A stretch of DNA of 64,000 bases from Sminthopsis crassicaudata. Its lineage: Eukaryota. The stretch lies in assembly GCF_048593235.1 (NCBI RefSeq), contig NC_133619.1, forward strand, positions 273,496,454 to 273,560,453, written 5' to 3'. Position 1 is the stretch's first letter; every line of letters starts with the position of its first letter. Of this stretch, positions 63,240-64,000 are shown piece by piece. Below the pieces are notes generated by a model. That model worked only from the letters and a program-made list of their open reading frames with translations. It was not told the DNA's origin and ran no database searches. The position numbers were made by a program, and so were the translations under genes.

Positions 63240-63610
63240 ACAATAAAATAGTGAACACAAACAAAAAATTCAGACACAAATGGAGTCAAAAATGTCATTC
63301 TGAATAATGGGTGGATCAAAGAACAAACCATAGAAATAGTAACTTGTAAAATAGAATGATAATAATAATATAACTTACCAGAATTCTTGAGATATAACTA
63401 AGAGTTTTCACAAGAAAAACATCTTCTGAAAGCATACATTAGAAAAGAGAGGAATATAGATTATGTAATTTTTAGAAACTAAAAAATCAACAAAATATAA
63501 TAAAGAAAGCAAAAACAAGAACAAACTAAGAAAGCTCAAAATCAAAGGAGTAATAGATAAAATTGAAAATAAAAATACTATAAATAAAACTAAAAGCTAG
63601 TTCTTCCAAA
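63240..63610 (+). mobile_element. Old L1 ORF2 fragment (post-endonuclease region)
   Basis: ctgaataatgggtggatcaaagaacaaacc...ataacttaccagaattcttgagat...aataaaactaaaagctagttcttc corresponds to L1 ORF2 N.WIKEQI...TTYQNLWD...INKTKSWFF. Confidence 0.75.
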
Positions 63611-64000
63611 TAAACAGAGCAAGGGCTTAGACATCTATGTCTGATTTTTACAGTAATATTTTGTAATAATGCAATTACCTTGATTAATTACACTGACAAA
63701 AATTTATTTCTAAGAACCCCTTCAAACATTCCTATTAATTATGTCCAATTAAATGATGGCATAACAATATGTTAGAGAATCAAAGGAATATTGTAAAAAG
63801 CCCTGTCACAACAGAGTAAATATGAGCCTAAAAATTTAAGTCTAGATTCTGGTCAATTCAAAGTCAATACTTTGTTTGAGAGACAATTTTTGTTTAGAAA
63901 ATTTTGCTTGAGAGGACTTGAAGTTAGGCGTATTTATGGCTCATTTCCATTAAGGATTGTCTATATAGTCTTAGTAGTTTCATTCTCCCCATGCCTCAAT

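Noticed and set aside
63201-63242. Perfect 21-bp tandem duplication attaaaccttatcataataca x2
   Set aside because: Real, but an ordinary slippage duplication next to an old L1. A similar ~30-bp imperfect duplication is at about 41593-41655.
1-64000. CRISPR arrays, rRNA, tRNA, snRNA genes, NUMTs and ERV gag/pol/env
   Set aside because: None seen. The tRNA-like A and B boxes belong to SINE heads, and the DNA is eukaryotic with no repeat-spacer arrays.

Overview
Eukaryotic, AT-rich and CpG-poor genomic DNA from a marsupial. WSINE1-type SINEs, MAR1/MIR SINEs, RTE LINE with RTE-tailed SINEs and marsupial-type L1 ends point to an Australian marsupial, most likely a dasyuromorph; this is inference from repeat sequences recalled without a database. 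The scaffold has six N gaps. Most of the window is decayed interspersed repeat (RTE, L1, L2, L3, MIR/MAR1, WSINE, Tigger1, hAT and mariner MITEs), two well-preserved solo LTRs with intact target-site duplications, and microsatellites. I recognise no protein-coding gene, RNA gene or CRISPR array. The only ORF-track entries matching a known protein family are frameshifted L1 ORF1 pieces at about 57.0-57.9 kb. The most unusual non-repeat structure is at 8.3-11.4 kb: a 129-bp inverted duplication (about 91% identical, no indels) interleaved with a roughly 137-bp direct duplication whose core looks like a 100-nt GT...AG intron. Other leads are an ORF1-retaining, ORF2-deleted (HAL1-like) L1 with tandem 5' ends, a signal-peptide-like 71-codon ORF, a CTCF-like motif in a TSD-bounded L1 tail and speculative exon candidates. 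Repeat boundaries are approximate unless a TSD is quoted, and family names come from memory of consensus sequences, not a search.
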